Source: Felis catus
Lineage: Eukaryota
Reading direction: 5' to 3'
Length of the DNA stretch: 64,000 nucleotides
NCBI RefSeq assembly: GCF_018350175.1
Contig: NC_058368.1
Coordinates: forward strand, 168,208,001 to 168,272,000
Position 1 is the first letter of the stretch; every line of letters begins with the position of its first letter. Positions 13,423 to 28,589 of this stretch are shown here, piece after piece. Below the pieces are notes generated by a model. That model was not told the origin of the DNA. It saw nothing but the letters and a program-made list of their open reading frames with translations, and made no database searches. The translations under genes and the position numbers were made by a program.

Positions 13423-13669
13423 CAATCAACACTATCCATCTCTTTTTTTCTTCATATTTTGGTCTTCCAATCTAAAACTAAATACAAAGTCAACTCAAAT
13501 TGTTTTCTTTCATTATGTAAAATAACTGAATTTAAGAGTGATGAGTTTGCTCAACATAAAATATACACATTCTGAAAATGGTTTATTTCTTGCATCAACT
13601 TTAGAAGACTAAAGTCTTCTCCCATTTAAAATAAAGAGTTTCAAAACAGAATTACTATAACTACAGGAG

Positions 13670-14008
13670 CAGTCTTCAAAGTTTGATCCAGGGTTTCTCA
13701 CTCAAGACCTGATCAGGATAGCTATAAAGTCAAAACTATTTTAATAATATGGCTAACAGGTTAAATGCCTTTTCTACTCTCATTTTCTGAGTATACAGTG
13801 GAGTTTCTCAGACACTATATGACCTTGTGATAACATAATCACTCTGATGACTAATGGAATGTATGTTTCTATATTCAATATTTCTTTTTTAATTTCAAGT
13901 ACAAAAAATATCAATAGACATAACAACATAAACAAAAACTCGTTGGTGTCCTGAATAACTTTTAAGAGTATAAAGTGGTCCACAGACCGAAGAGTTTGAG
14001 AACCAATG
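13670..14008. mobile_element. hAT-Charlie family non-autonomous DNA transposon
   Basis: Ends cagtcttcaaagt... and ...agtttgagaaccaatg resemble Charlie TIRs (CAGTGGTTCTCAAA); internal gtcaaaactatttt and acagtggagttt motifs. Confidence 0.65.
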
Positions 14009-15597
14009 AACAGAAATTTGGTGCCCACAAATAATGCTTTTAACATAGGAGGCAGGAATCATGTATCATGTTCCTTTCCCTCTATCTTTCACAGACCAAA
14101 GAAATGTATCTCCATCCTTTCTCATTTCATTACAGTTTTAAACACAAATTATCTGTCATGGATACTAAACACCTTCAATACAGTTGTTTTAAATAAATAT
14201 GAAGCAGCCAAAACTGTCATGTAAATTTATATCTACTACCCTATGCTTCTTTAATTAAGTCTGCTTTTCTTCAGGTACCAGCATTTGAGAAAAACTCTTT
14301 TAGTCTTCATTTGAATCACCGACTTGACTTTAATAAACATATTTCAATAGTGTTATCTATTTTTATTACATAATAATATATAGTAGTTCAACCCGATATA
14401 ACCTATATGAACTAACTAAAGAATATAATTATCACTTATAATTGTTTTCATGAGAAACCATTTTCTAGATTCCAATCAAATTCATAAATACACTTCTGGA
14501 ATATAATCACTTTTCAGTCAAGATTTCCTCTACTTAATTGAAACTAAGCTAGCAAATATATGCAAATATACAGGTCTGCTTTAATTTGGACCTTTAGGTC
14601 ACAAAGAACCAAAAATCAATTCAAATGAACTCCAGAGAAAGGAAGTCTCTTACAGTTATCAACACAAGAATGAAAAGACCTAGCCACCAAGAGAGCCCTT
14701 ACCCTCTCTCCTCACATGGCGTTTCGACCCCTCATATTCAATTATTTCCCTTCCATCACCTTCAATCTCAGCCTCATACATAATAAAAAAAAAAAAACAA
14801 TTTCCTTCTCCTGTGTGGAGGGAGATCTCTTCCTGATCTTGCTCTATGATAAAATAAAAATAAAGTTTTTCCATTAGGAACTGATTCTCTACTGTATGTC
14901 TACAATAAAATTTTTCTATGAGGAATGGATTCATTTTCCCAATTTCTAATTTCTAAGACAGGAATTTGATCAGTTCTTGAGAAAGATAAACTTTCTAAGC
15001 TTTAATTTCCTCATATGAAAAAGGTAGAGATAAGAATACCTACCTGATAAAGCTGTCATAAACCAACAAGTCTTAAAAGATGAGCCTGATGGAAAAGAGG
15101 GGAAAGAGAAATTTGAGCAGGAAAGTAAGTGTGAACATCATGTTCAGAAAACTACACGCGAATTCAGCTAAGGCACGGTAGGTTTGTAAGGGCATAGTAG
15201 GAGCAAGATTTGCTAAGTGGAAGTCAAGCCAAGAGGGATACTGCTAACCATTCTAAGGAATGTGGAATCTCTACGGAAACAAACATTGAAGGATTTTACC
15301 CAAGAACAAGAACTCAAAAGAAAAATAGATTCAAAGAGATAGATAAGATTATGAGTTCAGTCCAACTGAGCTTTGAGCATTACTCAGTTTGAACTGAAAA
15401 TAAAGGTTTATACAGAAAGAGAATAAGACTAAGAATTATTTAGCAGTCTCCGTTTACAGGAGGTAGTTGGAGTCAATACTCAAGCAGTTGCTAAGGGTCC
15501 TTTTCCAACAGTTTTGAGCAATCTCCACAGAAAGAAACATCCATACATTTACCTATCTAGTTCTGAAATTAAAGTTTCTCAAAACAATATTGATCTT

Positions 15598-15792
15598 GGT
15601 ACACCTGGGTGGTTCAGTGAGTTGAGCATCTGACACTTTATTTCGGCTCAGGTCATGATCTTGCGGTTCGTGAGCTCGAACCACGCATCAGGCTCCATAC
15701 TGATAGTATGGCGCTTGCTTGGTATTGTCTCTCTCTGCCTCTCTCTGCCCCTTCAGCTCTCTTTCAAAATAAATAAATAAACTTAAAAAAAA
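15598..15792 (+). mobile_element. CanSINE (older)
   Basis: Diverged head, ggtcatgatc motif, CT tract, aaataaataa tail. Confidence 0.88.
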
Positions 15793-15842
15793 TATATTGA
15801 CCTTTACTGTTTAATACATCTGTTCACTTCCATTCCTATTAA

Positions 15843-15875
<33 letters not shown>

Positions 15876-16359
15876 CCAAACCTGACAGTTTGGATCTACT
15901 ACATTTATATCAAAACCTACTGCTTGAGCCTTTACTAGCAAAGTAAAACTGATCTAAAAGTACCACTGTAGTACTCAGAGCAGACTCTGATATCTAAGGG
16001 CCATTACACTGGAATTTTTAAATCTTATTCATAATTGTCTACATTAATGGAGATACATGAATTTGTATATTTTTAAAGGATCTTTTTACTTTGGGGGTAA
16101 ATTTTTATACATTTTCTTGAAAAACATGTAAGTATATTTATTATTGTTATTATCCTATGAGCATTTAGATATAGGGAAAACATACTTCCCAGTGTCTCAA
16201 GTAGGCCTAGAGATTTAATTTTGTAATGCTCTGAAATGAATGAGAAGGACACAATAGTGGTTATACATTTAATATAAATTACTAAAGGATACAGGTCTCC
16301 AAGAGGAATTTTTACTACTTTTATGCCTAAAACAACATTAGGCCTTATTTGCTGTAACA

Positions 16360-16590
16360 GAGGTAGCACAAAGCAGTGGTTAAGCACATGGATTTTAATG
16401 AGATAGTGTCCAGATTCTAAGTTTGGCCCTGAAACTTACTAGCTTTCATTTCTCTGTGCTTCAGGTCTCCTCATATGAAAAATGGACATAATATTACCTA
16501 ACTCATAGAGATGGTATGAAAATTAAACTAGTTAAAATAGGTAAAGTATATCACAGAGTGCTGGATTCACATGTTAAGTATTATTATTTA
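16360..16590 (+). mobile_element. MIR
   Basis: gcagtggttaagcacatgga...ctctgtgcttcaggtctcctcatatgaaaaatgg...atattacctaactcatagag MIR core. Confidence 0.75.
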
Positions 16591-19500
16591 CCTTGGAGCA
16601 AGTTATCTAGCCAGACTCTTCTTTTAAATAAAGGGGCCTTTCACTGTGGGTCTGTCAAGTACTTTATCATTCTCAGTATAAAGAATAAGGCTGCCATTTT
16701 TCCATCATGATGTCCACAGAGTGTTGAATCATAGTATTTTAAGTTATGTGCAATTTGAAAGTCTTACATAAAAGAGAACTTGAACCTTCATACTCTCTCT
16801 CTTCTCTCATTCTCACTAGTTGGTATACAAAAAACCCAAAGTACTGACACTAGTAATTGTTCCATGCCATTAAATATATCAATTCACTGTCATGATTATG
16901 TCTACTTCAATCACTGTCATTTATTGGTTATTACACTATCCCTCTCTTTTGTACTGAACACATTGTTTTTAGGTATCCATCATGAAACCTAAAAAATAAT
17001 GGTCTGGGGCCACTGACTATCAAGTCAAGTACTCCTATACCTCTCAATTGACCCTGAGTGTATTGATAGTTATAGTGATGACCCTCAATCAACCAGAAAA
17101 GTCTATCTTAATATATTCTCTTTAACAAAGTATTTTAGAAAGGTTGAAAAAGGTTTAAATTTAAATGAGTGACCTTTAGTTATCTAGTCTATGGTGTACA
17201 CTCTTCTGTAGATGTTCTCCCAAATTGCTTCTTGTTATAGGATAACATTTAAAATATATTAATTAGTGAAGTCATATATAAAACATAACATTTTTGGAAA
17301 ATACAAATTATATTTACATAGAAAAATCCTGACAATATTCATTCAGGTATAAACAGTGATTGATTTGTCTTTGGGTTCTGGGTAATTTGTGATTTCTGCC
17401 ATTTTGGCTTTGTGTTTTTCAAGCTTTCCTTAATGACGATGTACTGATTTTGTAATTTAAAAAAGCAAAATAAAGAAATAAAAGGATTCTCTACCTCTTC
17501 TCATCTGTTTATGTTTAAAATAATACTCCATATCTAATAATTCAAAGGAAAACTATTCTATTTAGGATAAGTCTGACAGCTAAAAATCACTAAAAAGTTT
17601 TTCTAAAATTTAAAATTTCTATCAAATGCAAAGTATCATTCTATAAATTAAATATTTAAGGTCTTTCAGGGCAGGTGAATTTCTGTGCATTAAGAGCTAC
17701 TTTTAAATAATTGTTTGAGAATTATTCAGGCCTTCCTAACCATCACCAGGATGTTCTGAAATAGGATATCCTATAGAAGATCACAGTTTTAAAACTGCAA
17801 GGTCTCACAAAACAGGTAAAATTTGTGAGTGGACTACCGTTTCCAGTAGCTGCAAAAGGACAGTGAGGTTAAGAAAAAAGCACTTTCCACACTATTCACT
17901 TACCCTGACCCATAATATATGAACTAACTATTCCTTTTCTACCCAAGTAGCTCCCTATTACCAAACTTAAAAACTGTTTTACTCTAAGAAATCATTTTTT
18001 TAAAAAATCCTCTATTCCAAATTTACCCACCCTGTTTTCATTTAATAATCCTCTTAGACTATCTATATCCCACAATGTTTAATTATGCCAGAAATTGCCC
18101 ATTTAAACTGTGTAGCTTCAATAAATAACCTAACTATGGTTGCAACGTGTATCATTTGAAACTTTAGCAAGTTTCTTACATTAAAAAAAAAATCCCTTAG
18201 AACTCTTAAGGTATTTTTTTAAATTGTCTCAAAAAAAATCAATTTAGAGCTATATCTACTGAAGAATCAATAAATTATGTATGTTAGAATACTTACTTAA
18301 TTTTCTTGCAGGGCCCTCTACCACTGCCCTATTAAATAACCATTACATCATTATTTAACATCAAAGTGTGGAACATAGGCTTCTTTTGCTTTAAACAAAA
18401 AGCAGTATGTGACTTGCAAGCATCACCTACTTACACATGTCCTACATGGCCCAAGACTGAAAATCCACAGATAATTTTCCTTCACTATCTGCTGCTGCCT
18501 GTAGAGATTTAATCTCCTTTCCTCTCCTAGCCAAACTGTCGGCAAACTTCTTCAGAAAACTCCAGCCATCACCATTCTGGCTTCAAGCAGGGAACAAGTC
18601 AGGACCAGGTCAACATAAATTAAATTTGGGACTAAAGAGGAAATGGAAATAAGGGAAAGGTAAGCACCACTGAAATGATCGCATTCTACTTTCAGTTCCC
18701 CATTGCAAAAAAGTTAACCTACCTACCCTTCCTTCACATACATTTTTAACACTAATTCTTTTCATGATCTCCCTTGGAGATGCAACAATGAAGTCTATAC
18801 AGAAAATGACTTTTGGTTTCTGAATCCCCAAATATCCACCACTGCTATCTGTCCTTGGACTGAGCTTTCCCTAAGTGTTTTTTATTCCTTCTCCAAATCT
18901 CTGTTATTTGTATATACTCTTAGAAAACCTCAAAAAGATAGAAGACTTGCTCTGATGATAGGAAAAGAGAAGGGAATACTGACACTATTTTGTGTCTTAG
19001 TTGAAGAAAGGAAAAAAAAAATTCTAGTTACAAAAAGAGTGGATGATAACAAGAGGCTAGTAATGAACCTAAGAAGAGAAGAGACGAAGGCCCAATGCCA
19101 GGAAATAATGGGTGTGTTCTAGGTATTTTCAATGGAAGAGTTCTAGTCAGACCGTTTAGCTTCCAAAGTAAAAAACCTGTTCCCCAGATTCTAACACCTA
19201 CTTCTGTGCCCCCAGCTAGCTCACTGCTGAAGTTCCTGTCCAGGTCTTTGGAGTCATCATGAAAAGACAGAAATGTGTCCTCTGAATCTCCTAACCTAGT
19301 GCTCTGAAGATATTTTTCTATAGAAATATTCTTATCAAAAGCAGCTAGGCCTCATAATCGCAGCAGTATTATAGCTCATAGGAAATGCTACGTAGACTAG
19401 CTTAGAAACACATTACATAAAACACTCCTAGGAAAAGGTGTTCCTAGTTCCACTCAACTCCTTAAAAAAAGCACATCTTTAAAAATTCAATGCTGGAAAC

Positions 19501-22500
19501 TGCTCATTTGTAGGTCATGAACTACCTCTACTTCTGATGCAACCATAGCTAGTATGGCAACCTTTCCATGTAGAAAAGCAAGTTCCCTTATTCCTATTTA
19601 AAAAAAAAAAATAGAATCTCCTTTTTCTAAACTTAAATATCCTGAGTAGCAGATTGCCTGATTATAGCAGTACAAGCCATTGCTGGAAGGCAACCCAACA
19701 GTGGGATGAGAGTAATTTCACACGTATCTTCTATTTAAGCAGTCACACATGTTACGACACTGCACAAATGCCAAAGTGTGAGCAAAAAACCCTAACTTTT
19801 ATAAACCTAAGTTTCAGTTGAAGAGCCCTGTAAAACTTAAGGAAAATAAGCCTGCTATTCTAATCCTGAATTTTTTACTTAAAAAGTACTTTAATAGAGT
19901 AAAATCATTTCTATCCTTAAAAATACAAGTATGTAAATTTTTCACTATTCTGAGGAAACACAAATATATGTTATTCTATATAACATTCACAAATATATAT
20001 TCTTTTTTCAGGACCTTCTAATTAAAATGCCCAATACTGACAATTTCTAAGTTAGTGCCTAGTCATACCAGTAGTTACAGCATACTCTTCCCTCATTCCA
20101 CCATAATAAGCTAATGGCAGTCATCGATTTCCTGTTTTCAGGTCAGACCAAAGTTACTTGTATGAAATACAACTGAATTTAAATTGAATCAATTAACAAA
20201 GTCCAACTGATTGTTTCTGTCATATTTTTAAGTGGAAGTGAACATTTACATACAGCCAAATCTCAGTTGCTAAAGATTCAACAACTATCCAATGCTCATG
20301 CTACTTTGTCTTTCCAACTTCCACTTTCAGTTCTTCTTCACTTCTTACCCATTGAATAGACAGGAGAATTTTGTTTTCAAATGGTGCATAAATTAGACAA
20401 TTGCAAGGTGTTAGAAAGAAGAATTCACCTCTCCCAACTTGCTACCTGATAATAATTCTTCTAACACCACCAGTGTATGTATAAGCCATTCTATTCAGGT
20501 AAGTAACTGGGATCACAACTCTTCTGGAATAAGCCCTACCAAACACCTACATTTACTTCCAAACTTGCACACCCAGACTGGATAAACATGCTTTGAAAGC
20601 AGATATTTCAATGTGAAAACAATGGGCCATGTATCTTCAAAAAGCAGAAGCTTAAGGCCATTTAATGCTAACTCTACCTTTTGCTACATGGAAGTACATC
20701 ACTGTGTTAGTGAGGAAGGAATTAAAACAGACAGACCTAGTTCTGTCATTCATTTATAGCAAGCTAACAACTGCAAAATATAACCTTACTAGCTATACTA
20801 AACTATTCAGCTCATTTACATTTCAGCAAGAGTTAGACCTCAGCAAAAGAAGGATGAAACAGTCTAGTATTGAGTTTGGTAATTATCTTCAATTGTTTAT
20901 ATTTATATATTACTGTATTTCCATTATTCCTCTACCCGCTACCAAGATAAGAGCTATCATTTCACTCATCAGCCTCAGTGAAAATGAACACAACAGATTC
21001 TGTAAAATATTTAGGTTCATATCACCATTTATAATTCTGCACACTGTATTTAATGCCTCAGTCCCAAATATATCTAAAACTATTTTTTGAACATCCAATA
21101 TAGTAACTTTATAATAAAAATTTTACAAAAACTATGTGAAGAAGGTTCTGATAATAAAAGATCTAGAAATAAAAATCATAGTACTATGAATAGTTACCAT
21201 AATGAAAAATGCATTCACAGTCAAAATAGAGGATAATGGGAAATACCATATTTGGTGGCAAAATGCTAAAAATTAATAATTCTAGGCAAAGGGTATAGGA
21301 GTTCTTTGTACTATTTTTGTAACACTTCTACTTTGAAATCATTTCAAAATACAACAATTTAAACACCTAAAATGAAAGCAAAAAAAAAGACCGTATTTAA
21401 AACATTTTCCTTAAAATACTACTAATATTTAATAAGTAACTGAGTAACCTTAAACACTAACATTTTTCTACAGTCTTCTGAATATATTCCCCTGAACTGT
21501 GGTAAAGAGAAAAAATCGATGACTTCAAAAATACTCTTAAAAATAACCATAAACTTTACACTGTCGGCCAGTATTGACATAGTATAGTCAAGAAGTTTTT
21601 AAACTATGTTTAAAAAGATTCAATTTATAATTTGGTGTGAAAGAGCAAATTGCTAAGATTTTCCCATAAGTGAACTCAGAAAAATAGCACAAGGGAAATA
21701 ATTTATAATTTAATGTTCTACTATAATGACTGGCACATTTGATATTATAATTAACAAAGCACAAATTGATATTATTAACTTTAATCCTAAATTTTGTTTT
21801 TAATCTGAGTATTTCTTCTTCCACATTACAAATTTAATTCAGATTAATATAGTATTACAAAGTTAAATGGTCTGTCTATACAACCTAGATATTAGCCCCC
21901 ACAAAAAAGCAAAAAATAACATTCAGTTTCTGAAATTACTATTTATAAAAGTGATAAAATATGTTTATTTCATTTCATCATTCTAAAATAAGGCAAGAAA
22001 ATCTCTGGAGTCCTAACATCTGGAGTAATAATATATTTGTATAACACTTATAGCTTATAAAATCCTTTAAAAGCTCTAATCTTGTTTTAGTCTATAATCT
22101 TACATCCTAGGTAGGACAGGTATCATAACACCAATTTAATAGATGAATTTTATAACCCATTGAAATATTAAGACCATTTATTGTCTTATTTTCCTATTTT
22201 AAAAAGTTTTTCCATTTTATTTAGTTTTATGAAGAAAAATATAAGTGCCATGTAATACATCATTATGTTCAATATGACAACTATCTCTAAAAATCACTTA
22301 AGAATGATAGATGAACATTTTTTTGAAACTGATCAAGTAACAAGGTTGCAAAAATGCAGCTCATTAGAAAGCAAAAATAATCAAAACTTAGGAAAAGAGC
22401 ATATCAGTAAGGTTGCATTATTATTGAAGCAAAAAAGAAAAATACATTCAAAAAAATTGTAAAGTATCTTCTTTAGAATCTATCTAGAGCTTATAAGATC

Positions 22501-25500
22501 TAGAGAAGTAAGAAGAAAATGTGCTTGAGCGACCTATTTTTGGTTTTACTTATTTTGAATCTGTTGTTAAAAACAGAAATACCTTAGTAAGATCGGGAAG
22601 ATTCTCCCCTTTATAATTTAACTTTTGTGCATCTGAATGGTGAGGTGAAAAGTTATATATAATTTTAGTAATGTTACAGTCAATAAACTTTAAATGTACT
22701 ATATTTCAAAATAGTTTTCTTCTATCAAAAAAGTGAAATAGCACACTAAATATCACCCCAAACTTGCATAATTTTAATCAAACCTGATAACAGTTTTCTC
22801 TCAGTATTTTTCTTCCAATCATAATACAACTAGGAGACTTTTTATTTTCTTCCAAAAATATGAAAGTTGTCAAAAAAGAAAAACGCTTCAAAAAAAATAA
22901 TAAAAAAAAAAGAAAAAAAAAGAAAAACACTTCAAGCAACCAGGCATCAAACATATTTAATTCGGCACCACATTCCCATAAAAACTCAAAGACTCTTCAA
23001 CTACAATTAAAATTCTGCTTGCTAATGTATATCATTTGATAATTCAATTAGGATATAAATCTAACATCTTCCAATATTTTAAAATACAGAGGGTATTTAA
23101 AAACAAATTAACACGTTGTAACTCTACAGAATACTTTAGAATGGATAATAGGAAACATTTATCTTTGATATATAGAGTAAGTCCAATAAGTAAATAGCCT
23201 TCATTTTTAAATGTCCCAAAATGGACACAATATATAACTAACGTCTGACCACCATGCTGCCCTGGAAACACACACACCTTGCTGATGAGGCCATCTCTTG
23301 ACATCTATTTAACAAGGGTCGTCAGTAATGAGACTCTTTAAAAAAAGGTCCACACAGATCTATCCCAAATGGGATGTATTATGATTCATGAAAAATGACA
23401 TAATATGAACTCAATGAAACTCTACCCTTAGGAAAGATTAAGACTTTCAGTAAAACCCATCCTGCTTACCTGACCCTCTAAACTCTTTAAAGAAGAAAAA
23501 AAGATGATCTACTATGATTAAAATACTTACAAGAGAAACACATTTTTAAAAGATTATCAACACGTACTAGAATTGTATTTGAAATGTAACCCATTTTCAT
23601 AAGGCAAAATCAAGTTCTAATTTCTCATGAAATAACTCCCTGTAACAACAAATTTCTTCTGTCATAGATCACAAGTTAAACCTACAAGACACTTAATAGA
23701 TGATTAATAAAATCCTACCTTTCACAACACAAGCACTAGTCATCATTGTGTAGAACCTTTTATACGGCAGGTATTCAAAAGTTTATACATATAAATGATA
23801 GCTACCTTTAAATATGAACTGTAAAATTTTTAACATTAAAATATCAAAACAAAAAAGTGAGAAAAATCTTCACATTTAGAAGACAACACTGATTTCTCGT
23901 GTTGAATGATGCCCACTCATTATTAAACAAACTAGATTACATATAGTTTAGCCTTGCCTATCAAGTAGTCATTTTTAAACAGCAAGGCCATGTTGTAAAT
24001 ACAATAAACAAATGAATTAAATAACTGCACACCATTAGATACCATAGAATAAACACAAAATGGAAATTATACTATTGATATTTTAGAGATCAGTAATCAC
24101 TAAATCACACCAAATCATTAAACTATTAGCAATCTTGTAAGTTATTGTAAACCCAACTAATCACACAAAATACCACTTGTGATATGGAGCCAATATACAT
24201 TGTTCCATTTTAGGTTTTTAAAACTTAATTTGTGTATGTATTAAAACCATCACATTTAAAATTCTTTACAGTAATAATTACCAATCATACAAATCATCTC
24301 AATTTCTAGTTCTGAGTTATGTTTCTATCAAGTCCCATCAGGTATTAAGTGAAACAGGTGTGTTGCTACATGTTAATTTCCTGTATTATATTTTCGATTA
24401 AAAAGTTTTTAAAAACATGTGAAGTTGACATATTAGTTCTCCAAAAACTAAACCTATGTATATTCATTTATTTGTTACAATCATACTACCAAAACCTTAG
24501 TCATAACTTTTAACGAGCACTTTTAATGGTAACAATAATTTTCCTGCAATCTGCTAAAGAAAACACTCTTAAGTATTTTGGTATAAAAATTAAGATATGT
24601 TACATTGAAGATTAATCACCTTAACTAAGTACAATAAGAAAGCATTTCCATACATCTTAACATGTCAAATTCATTAAAAAAAAATATGCCAGTATCCACA
24701 TAACAGTCATATTAAAAATGTTATCGTAAAGCAATATTAAATATCTATCCCAAAACCTGTAAAGAATTTCAGCAATCAAATGGAACAGTAATTTTAGTAT
24801 AAAAGTATATGCACCTTACATATCCAGTGATTTAAAGGCAAAAGCATTTTATGTATGTATCCTATCTATTAGTCTATGTATTAGCAAACAAATAATCACA
24901 TGAAACTTAACTGTTTTTACTGGAGCTGTTTTTTCCAAAATAAAATCTTTAATAGATCATTAAATAACAATAAAATTAAATATATGGTTCTTGTCTAAAA
25001 TGACTTTCATGAAACAATTCACAAAACATTTCATTGCCTGTACATACAACAAAATAACATACTAATTAATAGACAGCTATAAAAACTGTGAACGTTTTTC
25101 CTTCCTAACAAATGAATGTTAGGTTCTCTAATATTGAGAAAAAGACCAACACAAACAACAAAAAGATGACCTATTTTAAAATAATAGTAATGAGGTACAT
25201 ACTCATATATCATGTTCAAAAACAGAGCAATACCACATCCAGTAACTTAATGTCTTAGCAGGTTTTCACCCTTCCTACAGCTTTACCAAAACAGTAAGTT
25301 GCACAAATATCAAGCAAAAGTATTTACCAAACTCCTATTATACACCTTATATTATATGGTGCTATGCGTCAATATCTTTGCAATCATTTTTATTTTTATT
25401 TTTAAATAAATCCCAAACAATCCAATATTGTTTTAAAAAGAGTATACAGAAAACAATGTTCTTCAATAACCAACAAGCAAAGAGGCCCTGACATTTCTGA

Positions 25501-28500
25501 GGCAAGAAGTGAAAACTGGTTTTAAAAACTGACAGCATTTGGTAACTTTTACTATTTGTATATGATATTTTCAAATATGAGATATTATTTTAGTTCTTCC
25601 TCATCAAAACTGTGTTTAATTAAGCCTTTCTGAGCACTGTATGCAATCATAAACAGAAAACAGTAGCCCAATATATCATAGGCATGAGAGACTTAGAATT
25701 TAAAGTATATGGAATCAACAGCACACAAGATAAAGATACAATACAACTGCTCTCAGAATGAAATGTTTAACATTCTCATCCATGGCATTAAAACCATAAG
25801 CCAAACAAGTAATGGTTATGAAAACAACTGTCTAACATCCATCATATTTGTGATAGGGCAATTGCAATTAATTATTAAAAGGTTTTTAACACTACTGTTT
25901 TAAAACCCACAGCAGAAATTAAATATTCATTTAAAAAATAAGTTATAGCACATCCCCAAAACAAGGCCAAACCCAACCATGACTGACTATGCTTGATGTG
26001 ACACAGCTGGAACATTCTGCTTTGTCTACTCCCCCTTAGAGACACAAGGTGGGGACAAACAGTGCTTGCCTTCCAATGTTTTTATTCTACATATACAGAC
26101 AACAAACGAAGTATTTTAAATAAGCCATTCCACTTCATTTTTTCTTCCATGTAATAGTGTTAAAATTATATTATCAATCTCATTCTTGAAATTGATCATC
26201 TAAGTACAGCATGAGCAGAGTTAGCAACAGGAAAAAAAATCACCATTCCCATTAAGAGATTTTTAAATACATTAATATGTACTTTCTCTGAAATTTTCTT
26301 TGATAGTAAAATTAACAGTGTGGCATTACTCCTAAAATAAAACAAAATTAAATATCATATTTCTTGGATTAAAGCATTTCTAATTTGGTTAGGACAAACA
26401 ACTACCATTGTGGAGAGGTTATATCTAATGAATTTTATCTGTGCACTGCAATGCAGAAAGTATTCACAATGAGACAACTTGAGTTACTTAACTTTTTCAG
26501 CAGAATTTACTTTATAAGACATCTGAAATAATATGAAGATTTCAATGTTTTCATAGCAGCATTATGTTAATATTTCTTAAATGCAAAATAATTTTGAAAA
26601 TAGTTATAAACATCCCTAATATATTTTAAATAGACAAAAATCAATAATCTAAAAGCAATTATTTTAGTTGGATAAAATTATCTCAGAAATGCAATTTAAA
26701 TTTTGATAACTTTCACTTTTTAAATTAGTTATTTGCAAATGTGCAACTATTAATATACAACCTAGAATAATTACCTCTGGAATCCAAGCTAGATACTACC
26801 AAAAAGTGAACAGCAATATTTTTCCTCAAATAAGTGTATCTGAAATGTGTGCAGTGAAAAATAAGTTTATCAAACATGATCCAAAACTGTTCCCTAAGAT
26901 CCAAAAGTGACCTATTGGCATTGAATGCTGTTTATACATCATTAAAAAGTACTCAATTTTGATAATATATTCTTTAAAAAATATCTACTCTCTTAGCTCA
27001 AAAATCATTTTCTGACATGATAATAAGACCTTTCTTTAGAACATTTAGCACTCTATACTTATCTCTCCTTACTACTTTGAACTTATTTCATCATTTTTAA
27101 TCCTCAATGTTTTCCTGTTCTTTTACCTTGAACAGTATTCCTTTCCTTACCTTCTTTTATGCCCTTCTTTTTGTCTTTTCATATTTCATTCTTTCTTTAA
27201 GCCAGCAGCATATGAAGCCAAAGTGACCTATGTCACCAGGTCTGAGATAGCTATAAAAAACAAATTCTTACTGTTTTTAAGGGAAGATAAACAAGGCAGT
27301 TACCATCTGGGAGAGGATGAGGGGATTTTAACCCACCAGCAAGCCTGTCCAATAAAACTCAGACTCGAATCAAGTGATTATAACTTCTCATGCACACACA
27401 TAGAGCTCTTGGAAAGCATCCAAAAATTTTTTTTGATTTCTTCTCTCTTGTCTAGAAAAGAGAACTAAAAGCATAATTGGGCTATAATAATCCAATCTCT
27501 TTCACAAGTCTATTGAACTCAAAAATGTTTCAAATAAAGTCTTTATAAGCTAAGACTCTAAATGTCTTGAAAATTTTTAATTTTATTTGAACATTTAAAT
27601 CTGAGGGAAAGCTAAACTGTTTTATGCTTCCCACAATTTTTGCTCCAACTAATAAGAATATCGATTACTAAATATGTAATTACTACATTATTCAAAAATG
27701 AAAACCCCAGATTTTGCAACTAAAAAAAATAGATAAAATAATTCCCAAAGCCTTAAAAACTTGATTTTCAACAATCTTGTTTGAGTAGACTACTTTCAAA
27801 CAGTGTTTTTAAAAACAGATTAACTTTTAACAATTTATAGATCATGCTTATTTTAATTTGAGAAGAATTATAAAAATTTATTTAAAGGAAAAGCACAGGT
27901 TTAATGCCTATCTGCAAACAAAGCTTTATAATAGATATCTAAAATTAAATAATCACCAAATAGTTCACTTAGCAGGGGTGTCCTAAGGGTATGTATTCAA
28001 TAATATATCTAATGAAAGTAATTTTCATGTTGCCTATAATTTTTGCTTATAAAAACATTATTATTAATATCATTACTACTACTTACCTGTCATATGGGTA
28101 TGCATGCATTTGTTGTGTTATGTTTAAATCTATAACAATACTAACATTTCAAATCTTTAATTACTGAATACATTATCAGTAAAGCACTGAATTACAAGAC
28201 ATTGATATCAGTGACTCTAACTAGAGATACAGCCACAACTTCTGAAATATTTATTCTGCTGCTTCTTTGAGGACAGATGAGTGGATAAAGAGGCTTCTTC
28301 TCAAGCGCTAATAAAATTAAGTGCATGTCTTTTGTTGGTGCAGATTTAAAGAATAATGGTTAGACATCCTTTCCCTACTTCTCTCACATTAAAAAATGGC
28401 CTCTGGTTTATAGAAATGTAGACTGGTGTTGAATGCTATTATGTAAGAATACATCTGCATACTGTTGCCCTAAAAATGTTCCAATGTCTCTGCCACACCA

Positions 28501-28589
28501 CCAGTTGTACAATTTATGTTGCTAATGTTCCTATTACCTGAGGCTATTCCAGTCCATTCAGAAAGTACTGCTTCTGCCTTTCTAACTAT

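Noticed and set aside
20665..21090. Longest ORF in the track (141 aa)
   Set aside because: No recognisable domain, AT-biased composition and no exon context; likely chance.
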